DNA of 64,000 nt from Hyphomicrobiaceae bacterium (GCA_046293075.1 JBKBPL010000002.1:82595-146594), one strand, 5' to 3'; positions 31,817-41,210 are shown, counted from the stretch's first letter. Notes: generated by a model from the sequence alone, not told the origin. Numbers and translations: made by a program.

Positions 31817-32712
31817 TGCGCACCAATCAGGAACAGGCGATGGCCCCGCCCGACCAGCCCGGCTCGCGCAAGAGCATCGACGACCTCATTGCTGTCATGG
31901 CGGCACTGAGGACGCCGGGCTCCGGCTGCCCGTGGGACCTCGAGCAGACGTTCGCAACGATTGCGCCCTATACCATCGAGGAAGCCTACGAGGTCGCCGA
32001 TGCGATCGAGCGCGGCGATCGGGCCGACCTCAAGGAGGAGCTCGGCGATCTGCTGCTGCAGGTCGTCTATCACGCGCGCATGGCGCAAGAGGAAGGCTCT
32101 TTCACGTTCGCCGATGTCGTGGACGGCATCACGAGGAAGATGATCCGCCGCCATCCGCACGTCTTCGGCGATGATCAGGCGCGCTCGGCAGGCATTGCCA
32201 AGGGCTGGTGGGAGGCCATCAAAGCCGAGGAACGAGCGGCCAAGCACGACGGCGGCAATGGCGGCACGCCATCACAGGTGTCGCTGCTGGCGGATGTGCC
32301 GCTCGGACTGCCGGGTCTGACGCGGGCCGTGAAGCTGCAGGACAAGGCGGCCCGTGTCGGCTTCGACTGGCCATCGTTGGCGCCGGTGTTCTCCAAGATG
32401 CGGGAAGAACTGGCCGAGCTCGAGGAAATCGCCGTGCCGGCCGATCCACGCGGTGCCACGCCGCCTACCGGCCCCACCGATCCGAGGATCGTCGACGAGT
32501 TCGGCGACGTCCTTTTCGTGATGGCCAATGTCGCGCGCCATTTGCACATCGATCCTGAGGCGGCGCTCAGGACGGCCAATGCGAAGTTCGTCCGCCGCTT
32601 CTCCTACATCGAGCAGCGTCTCGCCGAACAGGGTAAGTCCCCTTCGGACGTGACACTTGACGAGATGGACGATCTCTGGATCGAGGCCAAGACCAAGGAG
32701 CGGGGCGGCTGA
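31813..32712 (+). CDS. mazG: Nucleoside triphosphate pyrophosphohydrolase MazG
   Basis: CPWDLEQTFATIAPYTIEEAYEVADAIE...EELGDLLLQVV, and a second MazG repeat (EELAELEE...EFGDVLFVMANVAR). Start overlaps the LOG stop. Confidence 0.85.
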   Translation: MMRTNQEQAMAPPDQPGSRKSIDDLIAVMAALRTPGSGCPWDLEQTFATIAPYTIEEAYEVADAIERGDRADLKEELGDLLLQVVYHARMAQEEGSFTFADVVDGITRKMIRRHPHVFGDDQARSAGIAKGWWEAIKAEERAAKHDGGNGGTPSQVSLLADVPLGLPGLTRAVKLQDKAARVGFDWPSLAPVFSKMREELAELEEIAVPADPRGATPPTGPTDPRIVDEFGDVLFVMANVARHLHIDPEAALRTANAKFVRRFSYIEQRLAEQGKSPSDVTLDEMDDLWIEAKTKERGG

Positions 32713-32820
32713 GCGTCTCGTACCCCGATCGCAAAGTTCGTCACCCTCTGCAGCGGGCTCTCGAACGAGCTTCACCATCGAAAGGACACGAGCAAGCCAA
32801 AGTTTCTCGTGCGGTTCAGA

Positions 32821-32871
32821 TTCCGAAGTCCGCCGCCGACAGGTACCGCGACGCGGTGGCGGATTTCGGAA
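32821..32871. other. Nested inverted repeat (14-bp outer arms with 1 mismatch enclosing ACCGCG-a-CGCGGT)
   Basis: TTCCGAAGTCCGCC ... GGCGGATTTCGGAA. It lies 8 nt beyond the stop of the 32880-33290 gene and 108 nt after mazG. No U-tract. Confidence 0.5.
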
Positions 32872-32879
32872 GCGCCTCA

Positions 32880-33290
32880 CTAGTTCATCATGCCTGCTTC
32901 ATGAACCCGCCGCTTGGCGCCGAGTGTTGCCGTGCCCGAGTAGCCGTCGCTGCTGCGCCAGTGGACCTTGTCCCCATCCATGCGCAGCGTGACGCAGTAG
33001 TCCTTGCCGCCGAGCCAGCTCCGCCAGCGATGGCAGATGCGATCTGCAACGACCCACCACGTGCCGCGATCGAAGGCGGAGCCCGTATAGAACTCCAGGT
33101 CCTTCGCGCGCCCGATCATCGTGCCGTTCCCGGAGTAGCTGATGGGAAGGGCGCCCGCCGGCGTGTGCAGGATGACCGTCCGGTCCGCTACGATTTCATG
33201 GAGATTGAGGAGGGTTCCGGGCGCCTCGGCTGCTGCGGTACCCATGGCGGCGGCCAGAATTGCCCCCGCTAACGTTATTCTCGAACGCAT
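32880..33290 (-). CDS. Hypothetical exported protein
   Basis: Signal peptide MRSRITLAGAILAAAMGTAAAEA, 136 aa, Trp/Cys-containing beta-type sequence. No motif I can name with confidence. Confidence 0.5.
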   Translation of the reverse strand: MRSRITLAGAILAAAMGTAAAEAPGTLLNLHEIVADRTVILHTPAGALPISYSGNGTMIGRAKDLEFYTGSAFDRGTWWVVADRICHRWRSWLGGKDYCVTLRMDGDKVHWRSSDGYSGTATLGAKRRVHEAGMMN

Positions 33291-33562
33291 ACAACGTCCC
33301 CGTGTTTGCCGCTGGCTGGTTCGCTTGTTTCAAGGGCCTTATGGGCCCCAATTTGACGGCCGCGTAGCCACTTCAAGGCAATGGCTTGCGTGTGGGGAGA
33401 ATGGACTGGCGCAAGGGGGATGGGCGAAAGGCTTCTTACTATGAGGTTAACAGCTTGAAGAATTAACCTCTTTGCCCCTTGATACGCGCACTGAACAGCC
33501 TGCCGGCGGGTGCGGCCAGTGCGCACAGGCCCCGAAAAGACCTGTGGATAACTTCGGCGCCC

Positions 33563-34300
33563 TTAGGTCTCGTCCTCGCCACCCAGCAGCGGCCAGAGGA
33601 CCGACAGGCTGACCCCATAGAGCGCCACCAGCCCCAGGGACGCCGAGGCCGCAGGCCCCGCCGGAAAGCCCATCGCGACGGTCCAGATAGCCGCCAAGGC
33701 CCAAAGCGCACTCATGGCGAGATTGATCGGGCGCAGTGCCTTGACCCGCATGGGATGCAGCCAGCGCATGGGGACAAAGGTCAGGGCCACACATAGCAGC
33801 ACGAGAACGTAGACAGCCCAGCCGGGAAGCGCGAAGGCGAAGACGTAGAACGCCACCACGTTCCAGATGGCCGGGAAGCCGACGAAACAGTGGTCATCGG
33901 CCTTGTTGCCGTTGTCGCAGAAGTGGAAGAGCGACGACAAAAGGATCAGGCTCGCCAGCACGCCCCCCCAGATGCCATCGAGGTGCCCGCCGAGTTGCAG
34001 CGCCAGCGCCGGCACGAAGACATACGTCACATAGTCCACGACCTGATCCAGTTTCTCGCCCGAGAAACGCGGCAGCCGCCGCTTGACGTCGAGCGCGCGG
34101 GCAAAGGTGCCGTCGACGCCGTCGATGATCATGGCTACGCCGAGCCAGAGGAAGGCCATCTCAAACGCGCGGTCGAGCAGCGCATTGACGGCGAGCAGCG
34201 CGCAGACGACGCCCAGCGCGGTGAAGAGATGGACAGAGGCGGCAAGCCAGCGCCATCCCTCGGGCTCCGGCAGCTCGAAACGGTGCGGATCGGTCGTCAT
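33563..34300 (-). CDS. pcs: Phosphatidylcholine synthase (CDP-alcohol phosphatidyltransferase family)
   Basis: CDP-alcohol motif DGVDGTFARALDVKRRLPRFSGEKLDQVVDYVTY. About 245 aa and polytopic. Start taken at the ATG at 34300. Confidence 0.8.
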   Translation of the reverse strand: MTTDPHRFELPEPEGWRWLAASVHLFTALGVVCALLAVNALLDRAFEMAFLWLGVAMIIDGVDGTFARALDVKRRLPRFSGEKLDQVVDYVTYVFVPALALQLGGHLDGIWGGVLASLILLSSLFHFCDNGNKADDHCFVGFPAIWNVVAFYVFAFALPGWAVYVLVLLCVALTFVPMRWLHPMRVKALRPINLAMSALWALAAIWTVAMGFPAGPAASASLGLVALYGVSLSVLWPLLGGEDET

Positions 34301-34389
34301 GGCAAGCCCGAAGAAAGAAAAAAGGAGCGCCTTGGCGCTCCCCTGTCCCATCCATCGCTGTCATTCGTGAGGCTCAGGCCGGCGAGCAC

Positions 34390-34752
34390 TCAGAAGCGGT
34401 GCCGCACTGTGCCGCGCACCCCAAGGCTGTCCTCGCCCTGTTCGGGCCGCAGGCGCCGGTCTTCCAGGCTCTGCTCGTTCACGCCGTAGAGCAGCTCGAG
34501 ACCGAAGTCGAGCTTCGGCAGGATGCCGAGCTTGCCAAGTCCGGGTATGCGCACCTCCGTGCCGCCGGGCGGGGCCACCGACGTGCCGGTGCCGCCAAGT
34601 TCCAGTGGCACAACCCTGCTCTCAGGCGTCAAGGCTCCGGATGCTGCCGGCGCCCCTGCACCACCGCCACGGGTCTCCTCGAAGGCGTGCGCCGACGGGG
34701 CGACGAGCAAGAGCGCGCCCACTAGAGCCGGCAATAACACTCTCGTCCGCAT
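34390..34752 (-). CDS. Hypothetical exported Gly/Pro-rich small protein
   Basis: Signal peptide MRTRVLLPALVGALLLVAPSAHA. C-terminal ...GILPKLDFGLELLYGV...RGTVRHRF (ends in aromatic F). Confidence 0.45.
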   Translation of the reverse strand: MRTRVLLPALVGALLLVAPSAHAFEETRGGGAGAPAASGALTPESRVVPLELGGTGTSVAPPGGTEVRIPGLGKLGILPKLDFGLELLYGVNEQSLEDRRLRPEQGEDSLGVRGTVRHRF

Positions 34753-34945
34753 GACTTCCCCAAAGTCGCGATTCCGTTGCATTCAATCTGGCTTGCGTCC
34801 CCTATGAACACAAGGATGTTTCCACGGCTCTGACGTGGCGCTGTCGTTTTAGCAGCGTGAGTGTGGTTCGAAAGCCATAGCCTGGATCGCCACCGCAGGG
34901 ATCCGTAAAATAGTGAATTATCAAGCCCGTAGATGCAAAGGATGG

Positions 34946-35653
34946 TCATCCTCCGCCAAGCAATGTGTCTTTAGCCTCATTGATCTTGGCAGCCAGGTAG
35001 GTCGAGCCGCCCCGGTCCGGATGCAGTTTGAGCATCAGCTCACGGTGCGCTTGACGAATGGCGGCTTCGTCAGCGCCCGGCGCGAGGCCGAGGATATCCA
35101 GGGCCTCCTCGACCGTCATGCGGCCGTCCGGTCCGCGCGGCCGCTCCTGTTCGGACCGCGCCATATCCTCCCGCCAGGTCGGATGGATGCGGTCCAGAAA
35201 GGCCTCGACGAGCTGGGCCGAGGCCGGATCCGTATAGCGGCAATCCTGCCAGAGGTGCGCCAGTTCGACGGGCCTCAGGTCCTCGATGTTGCGGCCGGCA
35301 AAGAAGCCCTTGAGCACGCGGCCACGCATGGCGCCGCTGGCGTGGTCGAGCTCCATCTCCAAGTGCTCGGTGACGACGCGGGAGGTCTGGCCTGTGGGCG
35401 CACCCTGCGAGGGACCGAAACTGCCCCAGTTCCCGATCCCCTGTCCGCCGAGCAGCCACCAGCCGAGCGCCGCCAGCGGGAAGGCATAAGCGATGGCGCC
35501 GCGGAAAGCGAAGAAGAGCGCTCCGGCCAGCGCCACAACCGCGCCCGCAATCCGGATGTGGCGTGCGAGCGTTGCCGGATTGGCCTTATTGAAAAGGCGG
35601 ATCGCCACAATCACCAGGCCAAGGGCGAGCAGGCCGAGCAGGAAATACTGCAT
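34946..35653 (-). CDS. Polytopic inner-membrane J-domain protein (C-terminal DnaJ domain with HPD)
   Basis: Three N-terminal TM segments, then [60 protein letters not shown] overlaps the stop of the upstream VWA gene. Confidence 0.8.
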   Translation of the reverse strand: MQYFLLGLLALGLVIVAIRLFNKANPATLARHIRIAGAVVALAGALFFAFRGAIAYAFPLAALGWWLLGGQGIGNWGSFGPSQGAPTGQTSRVVTEHLEMELDHASGAMRGRVLKGFFAGRNIEDLRPVELAHLWQDCRYTDPASAQLVEAFLDRIHPTWREDMARSEQERPRGPDGRMTVEEALDILGLAPGADEAAIRQAHRELMLKLHPDRGGSTYLAAKINEAKDTLLGGG

Positions 35654-35659
35654 CGCGCC

Positions 35660-36451
35660 TCAGTCCCGCTTCATCTGGGTGAGCAGCAGGCGCGCGCCGT
35701 CGGCCTCCCGGGTGGTGCTGAGCCGTTGGAGTGCCGTGCGCCCGCCGGAAGCATAGACGGCAACGGCGCGGAGCAGCGTGCGGAGCTGGTGGGCAGAGCC
35801 TTGATCGAACGCGCACCATGCGCCCTTGGTCAGCCGTGCGATCTCGCGGAAGGCCCGCTCCGCGGCCGGGTCGCGCCCCTCCTGGAAGAGAAACACCGGT
35901 ACGCCGTGAAGCGCCAGCTCGCCGGCGCGGCCACAGAGATCGTCGACGGACTCCTCCATGCAGTCGCCCACATAAACGAGGGCATTGACCTTGCGCTTCT
36001 CGGTCTCCTGGCGTGTGTGCGCGAGCACCTTGCCGATCTGCGTGTAGCCGCCCCGGCAGTGCACGGTCGTCATCAGCCGCGCGAGGGCATCGGGGTCCGA
36101 GACCCACTTCGAGGCGCGGCACTCGCCGGCCCCCCGGAAGAAGACGAGTTGTACGTCGAGCCCGCCGACCTCGGCGACGGCATGGAACATGTCGGCCTGG
36201 AGTGCCAGCGCCATGTCCCAGGTCGGCTGACGGCTCATGGTCGCATCCATGGCGAAGACGAGGCGGCCTCGCCCGGTCGTCGTCTGGGGCCTCAGCGCCT
36301 TCACCTGCGCGAGAAAAGCATCGACGTCGGCCGTACTCGACGTTGCCGGTGTCTGGCGGGCGGACTCTGCACTCGGAACCGATGCCGATCGGGCCGCGGT
36401 CTTGTCCTGGCCGCGCATGTCGGCGCGCATTTCCTTCTTGTCGGTGCTCAT
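35660..36451 (-). CDS. von Willebrand factor A (VWA) domain protein
   Basis: RLVFAMDATMSRQ (DxTxS MIDAS-like), ...YTQIGKVL..., ALVYVGDCMEE. GAGG RBS before the ATG at 36451. Confidence 0.7.
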   Translation of the reverse strand: MSTDKKEMRADMRGQDKTAARSASVPSAESARQTPATSSTADVDAFLAQVKALRPQTTTGRGRLVFAMDATMSRQPTWDMALALQADMFHAVAEVGGLDVQLVFFRGAGECRASKWVSDPDALARLMTTVHCRGGYTQIGKVLAHTRQETEKRKVNALVYVGDCMEESVDDLCGRAGELALHGVPVFLFQEGRDPAAERAFREIARLTKGAWCAFDQGSAHQLRTLLRAVAVYASGGRTALQRLSTTREADGARLLLTQMKRD

Positions 36452-36579
36452 TGTCACCACCTCAGGCGCGAGGCGCCACCTGCGCTTTGCGGCGCAGCCA
36501 TCTCCTTTTAGGATGGCGAGCGAACGGCCGCCTTTCAACAGCGCTCGGCGCAACTTCCTCAAAGGACGGGAGATTTAGA

Positions 36580-37464
36580 ATGGCCTCCGCCTCAGCCAAG
36601 ACACCGCCCGGGCCACTCATCGACACCGCGGCGCTCGCCGGCCGGATCGGCGATCCATCCCTGAGGATCTTCGATTGCACCATGCACCTGACGCCGCTTC
36701 CCGACAACTCCGGCCAGCAGGTGACGAGCGGGTTTGCCGACTACCGCAAGGGTCACATCCCTGGGGCGGCGTTCCTCGACCTCGCCCGCGACCTCTCCGA
36801 CACCGCGAGCCCGTTCCGCTTCTCGACGCTGGGACCGGAAGCCTTTGCGGCTGCCGCCGGCCGCTTGGGCATTGGCGATGGCATGAATATCGTCCTCTAC
36901 GACGGCGGCTACAATGCCTGGGCGGCGCGTGTCTGGTGGATGCTCAAGGCCTATGGCTTCGACAATGCGGCGGTGCTCGACGGTGGTATCATCAAGTGGC
37001 GCAAGGAAGGCCGAGCGCTCGTCGCAGAGCCGATCACCTATCCGCCCGCCACCTTCACGGCCCGCCCGCGCGCCGGCTTCTTCGCCGACAAGGCGCGCGT
37101 GGCTGGCGCCATTGGGGCGCCTGATGTGCGTATCGTCAATGCGCTCACGCCTGAGCAGCACGCCGGCAAGGGCGGTGTGCACTACGGCCGCGCCGGTCGT
37201 ATCCCGGGAAGCTGCAACGTCGCCTCGCGCGGCATCGTCGATCCCGAGACCAACGCCCTCCTGCCGCTGCCCGAGCTGCGCCGGCGCTTTGACGATGCGG
37301 GCCTTCTCGGCGGCGAACGCGTCATCGCCTACTGCGGCGGCGGCATCGCGGCCTCACTGACGGCGCTGGCGCTTGCTGCACTCGGGAAGGAGGATGTCGA
37401 GGTCTATATCCACTCGCTGCAGGAGTGGGCCAACGATCCGGCCTGCCCGATGGAAGTCGGATAA
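36580..37464 (+). CDS. Rhodanese-domain sulfurtransferase (thiosulfate/3-mercaptopyruvate type, two rhodanese domains)
   Basis: YRKGHIPGAAFLD, and the active-site loop VIAYCGGGIAAS in the second domain. Confidence 0.85.
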   Translation: MASASAKTPPGPLIDTAALAGRIGDPSLRIFDCTMHLTPLPDNSGQQVTSGFADYRKGHIPGAAFLDLARDLSDTASPFRFSTLGPEAFAAAAGRLGIGDGMNIVLYDGGYNAWAARVWWMLKAYGFDNAAVLDGGIIKWRKEGRALVAEPITYPPATFTARPRAGFFADKARVAGAIGAPDVRIVNALTPEQHAGKGGVHYGRAGRIPGSCNVASRGIVDPETNALLPLPELRRRFDDAGLLGGERVIAYCGGGIAASLTALALAALGKEDVEVYIHSLQEWANDPACPMEVG

Positions 37465-37531
37465 GGCAGCGGGCATTCTCTGACCTGGCTTCCCGCTGTC
37501 CGTGCTCGGCGGAGCGGGATCGACCCGGTGA

Positions 37532-38626
37532 TCAGCGCTCGGCCCGCTGCTTGTCGCGTGCGGCTTTGTCGGTTGCCGAGGCCGTAGCCCATCCGAGGAT
37601 GTGGCTGAGCTTGCGCTCGCGCTCGGTATCGACGCTGACGGTCGCCGTCATGCCGGCGCGGAGCGGCAGGTCGGTGCCATTGGCCTCGATGCGGATGCGC
37701 ACCGGGAGCCGCTGCACGACCTTGACCCAGTTGCCCGAGGCATTCTGCGGCGGCAGCAGCGCAAACTCGGCGCCCGTTGCCGGACTGATGCTTTCCACGC
37801 GCGCCTTCCACGTGACGTCCGGGTAGATGTCGAGCACCACGGTCGCCTTCTGGCCGGGGCGGACATGGGTCAGCTCGGTTTCCTTGAAGTTCGCTTCGAC
37901 CCAGGGCTCGGCGTCGCTGACGATGGCGAAGAGCGGCGTCGCAGCGCGGATCTGTTCGCCAGGAAGCAACTTCGCGTTGACCACGCGGCCGCTGACCGGC
38001 GCCAGAATGCGCGTGCGCACCAGCTCGAGGCGCGCCCGATCGCGCTGGGCCAACATCTCGCGCACCAGCGCGTGCTCCTCGGTCGGCTTATCCGGATTGC
38101 CACCGAGCTGGGTCAGGATGCGGTTGATCTTCTGCTCGATGACCTGAACCCGAGCGCGGGCGACGGTCAGATTGCTCTCGGCCTCCTCGGCGCGGAAAGC
38201 AAAGCCCACCCCGCGATCATTGAGCTGCTTCTGGCGGCCGTGCTGCGCTTCGAAGAAGGCGATGCGGCTCTTCGCCTCGGTCAGCTCCATCTGCGCTTCA
38301 GCATACTCGGCGCGAAAGCCCGCGACGCGCGAGCGCATTTGATCGAGTTCCGCCTCGGCTTTGGCGAGCGCGATCGCATATGGTTCTGGATCGACCGTCA
38401 GCAGGATATCGCCGGCCTTGACCTGCTGGTGCTCCCGCACGCGCACCTCGATGATGCGCCCGGGCACCTCGGATGAGACCTGGACGATGTCCGCCTTGAC
38501 GTAGGCGTTCTCGGTCGAGACATACCGCCCGCTCCACAGCCACCACAGACCGGCGCCACCAACGAGGAGCAGCGGCACCACCACCAGGAGAATGGGGCGA
38601 GTCCAACGCTTGGCTGTCATGGTCAT
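37532..38626 (-). CDS. HlyD/EmrA-family membrane fusion (periplasmic adaptor) protein
   Basis: N-terminal TM, YVSTENAYVKADIVQVSSEVPGRIIEV, long coiled-coil, ...NWVKVVQRLPVRI. Confidence 0.85.
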   Translation of the reverse strand: MTMTAKRWTRPILLVVVPLLLVGGAGLWWLWSGRYVSTENAYVKADIVQVSSEVPGRIIEVRVREHQQVKAGDILLTVDPEPYAIALAKAEAELDQMRSRVAGFRAEYAEAQMELTEAKSRIAFFEAQHGRQKQLNDRGVGFAFRAEEAESNLTVARARVQVIEQKINRILTQLGGNPDKPTEEHALVREMLAQRDRARLELVRTRILAPVSGRVVNAKLLPGEQIRAATPLFAIVSDAEPWVEANFKETELTHVRPGQKATVVLDIYPDVTWKARVESISPATGAEFALLPPQNASGNWVKVVQRLPVRIRIEANGTDLPLRAGMTATVSVDTERERKLSHILGWATASATDKAARDKQRAER

Positions 38627-39141
38627 ACCGCTCGTACTGAAGCCCCGACCGCGTCGTCGGAGTCCTCGATGCCATCAATGTCCGAAGAAACCGCTCGCGG
38701 ATCCGAGGCCGCGAGCGCCGTGAGCTGCGCTTTGACCTTGCCCATGAGCGCCACGAGCCGCGCCTGCTCACTGGGCGTGAGGCCCGACAGTGCGTCGCGC
38801 ACGGTTGCATCTGCGAGCGGCGTGATGGCCGCGTGCACCCGTGCACCCAGCTCCGTGAGGTAGATTCGATTGACGCGGCGGTCACTCGGCTCCGCGCGCC
38901 GTTCGACCCACCCCTTCTCTTCGAGGCGGTCAACGATGCGCCCGGCCGGGGCCTTCTCGATTTCCATCATCTCGGCGAGCTCGGACTGACTTACCCCCGG
39001 CCGTCTGTTGATCCGGGTGAGGGCCAGCCACTGCGCACGCGTCAGCCCGAGTCCGCGCACGCGCCGGGCGAACACCGTGCGAAGCAGGCGGGCCGTGTCG
39101 GCCGTCAGCCAGCCGAATTGCAGATGGTCACGATCAGGCAC
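38623..39141 (-). CDS. MarR-family transcriptional regulator
   Basis: [55 protein letters not shown] winged HTH. ATGA overlap with the hlyD-like gene. Confidence 0.9.
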   Translation of the reverse strand: MPDRDHLQFGWLTADTARLLRTVFARRVRGLGLTRAQWLALTRINRRPGVSQSELAEMMEIEKAPAGRIVDRLEEKGWVERRAEPSDRRVNRIYLTELGARVHAAITPLADATVRDALSGLTPSEQARLVALMGKVKAQLTALAASDPRAVSSDIDGIEDSDDAVGASVRAV

Positions 39142-39164
39142 TTTGTGCCACCTCCCAGCGCCAC

Positions 39165-39184
39165 ATAGTAATCACAGTTACTAT
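39165..39184. promoter_or_regulatory. Candidate MarR operator: ATAGTAA-N6-TTACTAT perfect inverted repeat
   Basis: It begins 24 nt upstream of the marR start codon, inside the marR/thiolase divergent region. AT-rich palindrome in a GC-rich background. Confidence 0.45.
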
Positions 39185-39361
39185 CACCGTGGTCATAATC
39201 GTCAAGGCGACGAACCCGCATATGAGCAATGCAGACGGTGCCAGCCTGGGCCGGAAACCGGGTGCAGCCGGGACCGCGTCCGGCAGGAACTCGCCGCAGC
39301 GGTGCCAAAAGCCGGGCGATCGGCTAGACTTGCGTCAATCGACAACCAAAGGAGACGCCAT

Positions 39362-40546
39362 ATGGCCGATGCCGTGATCGTTTCGACTGCCCGCACGCCG
39401 ATCGGGCGCGCCTACCGCGGGGCCTTCAACAACCTCCACGGCGCAAGCCTCGGCGGGCACGTGGTGGCGGAGGCCCTGAAGCGCGCCCAGGTCGCCCCTG
39501 ACGACGTCTCCGACGTGATGGTGGGCTGTGCCATGCCTGAGGGCGCGACCGGCGGCAACATCGCGCGGCAGATCGCGATCCGCGCCGGCCTGCCGGTCTC
39601 CGTTGCGGGCGTTACGGTCAACCGCTTCTGCTCCTCGGGGCTCCAGACGATCGCCATGGCTGCGCAGCGCGTGCGCTCGGACGATGCGGGCATCATCGTG
39701 GCCGGCGGCCTCGAGTCGATCAGCCTGGTGCAGAACGAGAACGCCAACAAGTTCCGCACGCGCGACGAATGGCTCGTCGAGCACAAGCCGGCGATCTACT
39801 GGTCGATGATCCAGACGGCTGACAACGTGGCCAAGCGCTACAATATCAGCCGCGAAACCCAGGACGCGTATGCACTCGAGAGCCAGCGCCGTACAGCCGC
39901 CGCCCAGCAGGCCGGCAAGTTCAATGACGAGATCGTGCCGCTGCCGGCCGAGAAGATCCTTTACGACAAGGAAGGCAAGGCGGTCGGCAAGGAGATGTTC
40001 ACGCTGACGCGTGACGAGGGCAACCGGCCGGACACGAATATGGAGGGCCTTGCCAAGCTGAAGCCGGTCATGGGCGAGGGGAACTTCATCACGGCCGGCA
40101 ATGCGAGCCAGCTCTCCGATGGCGCATCGGCGGCCGTCGTCATGAGCGACAAGGAGGCGCAGAAGCGGGGCTTGAAGCCGCTCGGCGTCTACCGCGGCTT
40201 CGAGGTCGTGGGCTGCGAGCCGGACGAGATGGGCATCGGGCCGGTGTTCGCGGTGCCGAAGCTGCTCAAGAAGCATGGCCTCAAGATCGAGGACATCGGG
40301 ATCTGGGAGCTCAATGAGGCGTTCGCCGTCCAAGTCGTGTACTGCCGCGACAAGCTCGGCATTCCCTGGGAGCGCCTCAACGTCAACGGCGGTGCCGTCT
40401 CGATCGGCCACCCCTATGGCATGAGCGGCGCGCGCCTGACCGGCCACGCTCTCATCGAAGGCAAGCGCCGCGGCGACAAGTACGCCGTCGTGACGATGTG
40501 CATCGGTGGCGGTCAGGGCGCGGCGGGTCTCTTCGAGATCGTCTGA
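39362..40546 (+). CDS. Acetyl-CoA C-acyltransferase (thiolase)
   Basis: [22 protein letters not shown]...[10 protein letters not shown] (active Cys)...NEAFA...[19 protein letters not shown]...CIGGGQG. Confidence 0.9.
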   Translation: MADAVIVSTARTPIGRAYRGAFNNLHGASLGGHVVAEALKRAQVAPDDVSDVMVGCAMPEGATGGNIARQIAIRAGLPVSVAGVTVNRFCSSGLQTIAMAAQRVRSDDAGIIVAGGLESISLVQNENANKFRTRDEWLVEHKPAIYWSMIQTADNVAKRYNISRETQDAYALESQRRTAAAQQAGKFNDEIVPLPAEKILYDKEGKAVGKEMFTLTRDEGNRPDTNMEGLAKLKPVMGEGNFITAGNASQLSDGASAAVVMSDKEAQKRGLKPLGVYRGFEVVGCEPDEMGIGPVFAVPKLLKKHGLKIEDIGIWELNEAFAVQVVYCRDKLGIPWERLNVNGGAVSIGHPYGMSGARLTGHALIEGKRRGDKYAVVTMCIGGGQGAAGLFEIV

Positions 40547-40553
40547 GGTGACG

Positions 40554-41210
40554 ATGGCGGCGCCAGCCTCACTGACTACGCCCGGGTATCTGCACCGCGG
40601 CCTCGACGAGCTCTTTCGCATGGCGCGCGAGAACCCGCTGACGCCGCGGTGCACACGCTTCTTCTTCGTGCGGCACGGAGAGACGGACGGCAATCATGCG
40701 CGCATCTTTCAGAGCGCCGATCAGCCTCTCAACGCGCGCGGTCTCGCCCAGGCCGAAGCTGCCGCCGCGATCCTCAAAGCCGAACGGGTCGAGCGGATCG
40801 TTTCGAGCACCATGCCACGCGCCTGGGTAACGGCGGAAATCCTGGGACGGCCGCACGATCTCCTGCCGGAGCCCGAAGACGGGCTCCGCGAACGCTGGTT
40901 CGGCGACCTCGTCGGCACGTCGTCCGCTGATCACGACTGGCGCGCGGCCCCGCCGAACGGCGAGACGCTGGATGTCTTTGTGTGGCGCGCCCGCGCCGGC
41001 ATCGAGCGTGCGCTGAGCCTCGCCGATGCCAAGCATTCGACTCTGGTCGCGCACGGCGGCATCCTCTACGTGCTTGGGCCCGCGCTTGGCATTGACCTAG
41101 AGACTCATCATCTCGCCAATGCTACGCCCCTGCTCTTCGAGCGAAGCGGCACCCGGTGGCGCGCGCAGCGCCTCGCCGATGTCGGTGGCGCGAGCGACAA
41201 CGTCTCTTAG
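40554..41210 (+). CDS. Histidine phosphatase family protein (phosphoglycerate mutase-like)
   Basis: FFFVRHGETDGN catalytic RHG motif; ...LVAHGG. Start uncertain (ATG at 40554 or 40620). Confidence 0.75.
   Translation: MAAPASLTTPGYLHRGLDELFRMARENPLTPRCTRFFFVRHGETDGNHARIFQSADQPLNARGLAQAEAAAAILKAERVERIVSSTMPRAWVTAEILGRPHDLLPEPEDGLRERWFGDLVGTSSADHDWRAAPPNGETLDVFVWRARAGIERALSLADAKHSTLVAHGGILYVLGPALGIDLETHHLANATPLLFERSGTRWRAQRLADVGGASDNVS

Noticed and set aside
33543-33551. A perfect DnaA-box 9-mer (TGTGGATAA), considered as a possible replication origin signal.
   Set aside because: It is a single isolated box. There is no cluster of boxes, no adjacent AT-rich unwinding element and no origin-linked genes (hemE, dnaA, parAB). 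It is kept only as a minor note inside the 33291-33562 finding.
34855-34885. A tRNA-like GGTTCGAAA (T-loop-like) string in the 34753-34945 spacer.
   Set aside because: The flanking bases cannot form a T-stem or an acceptor stem, and no anticodon arm could be drawn.
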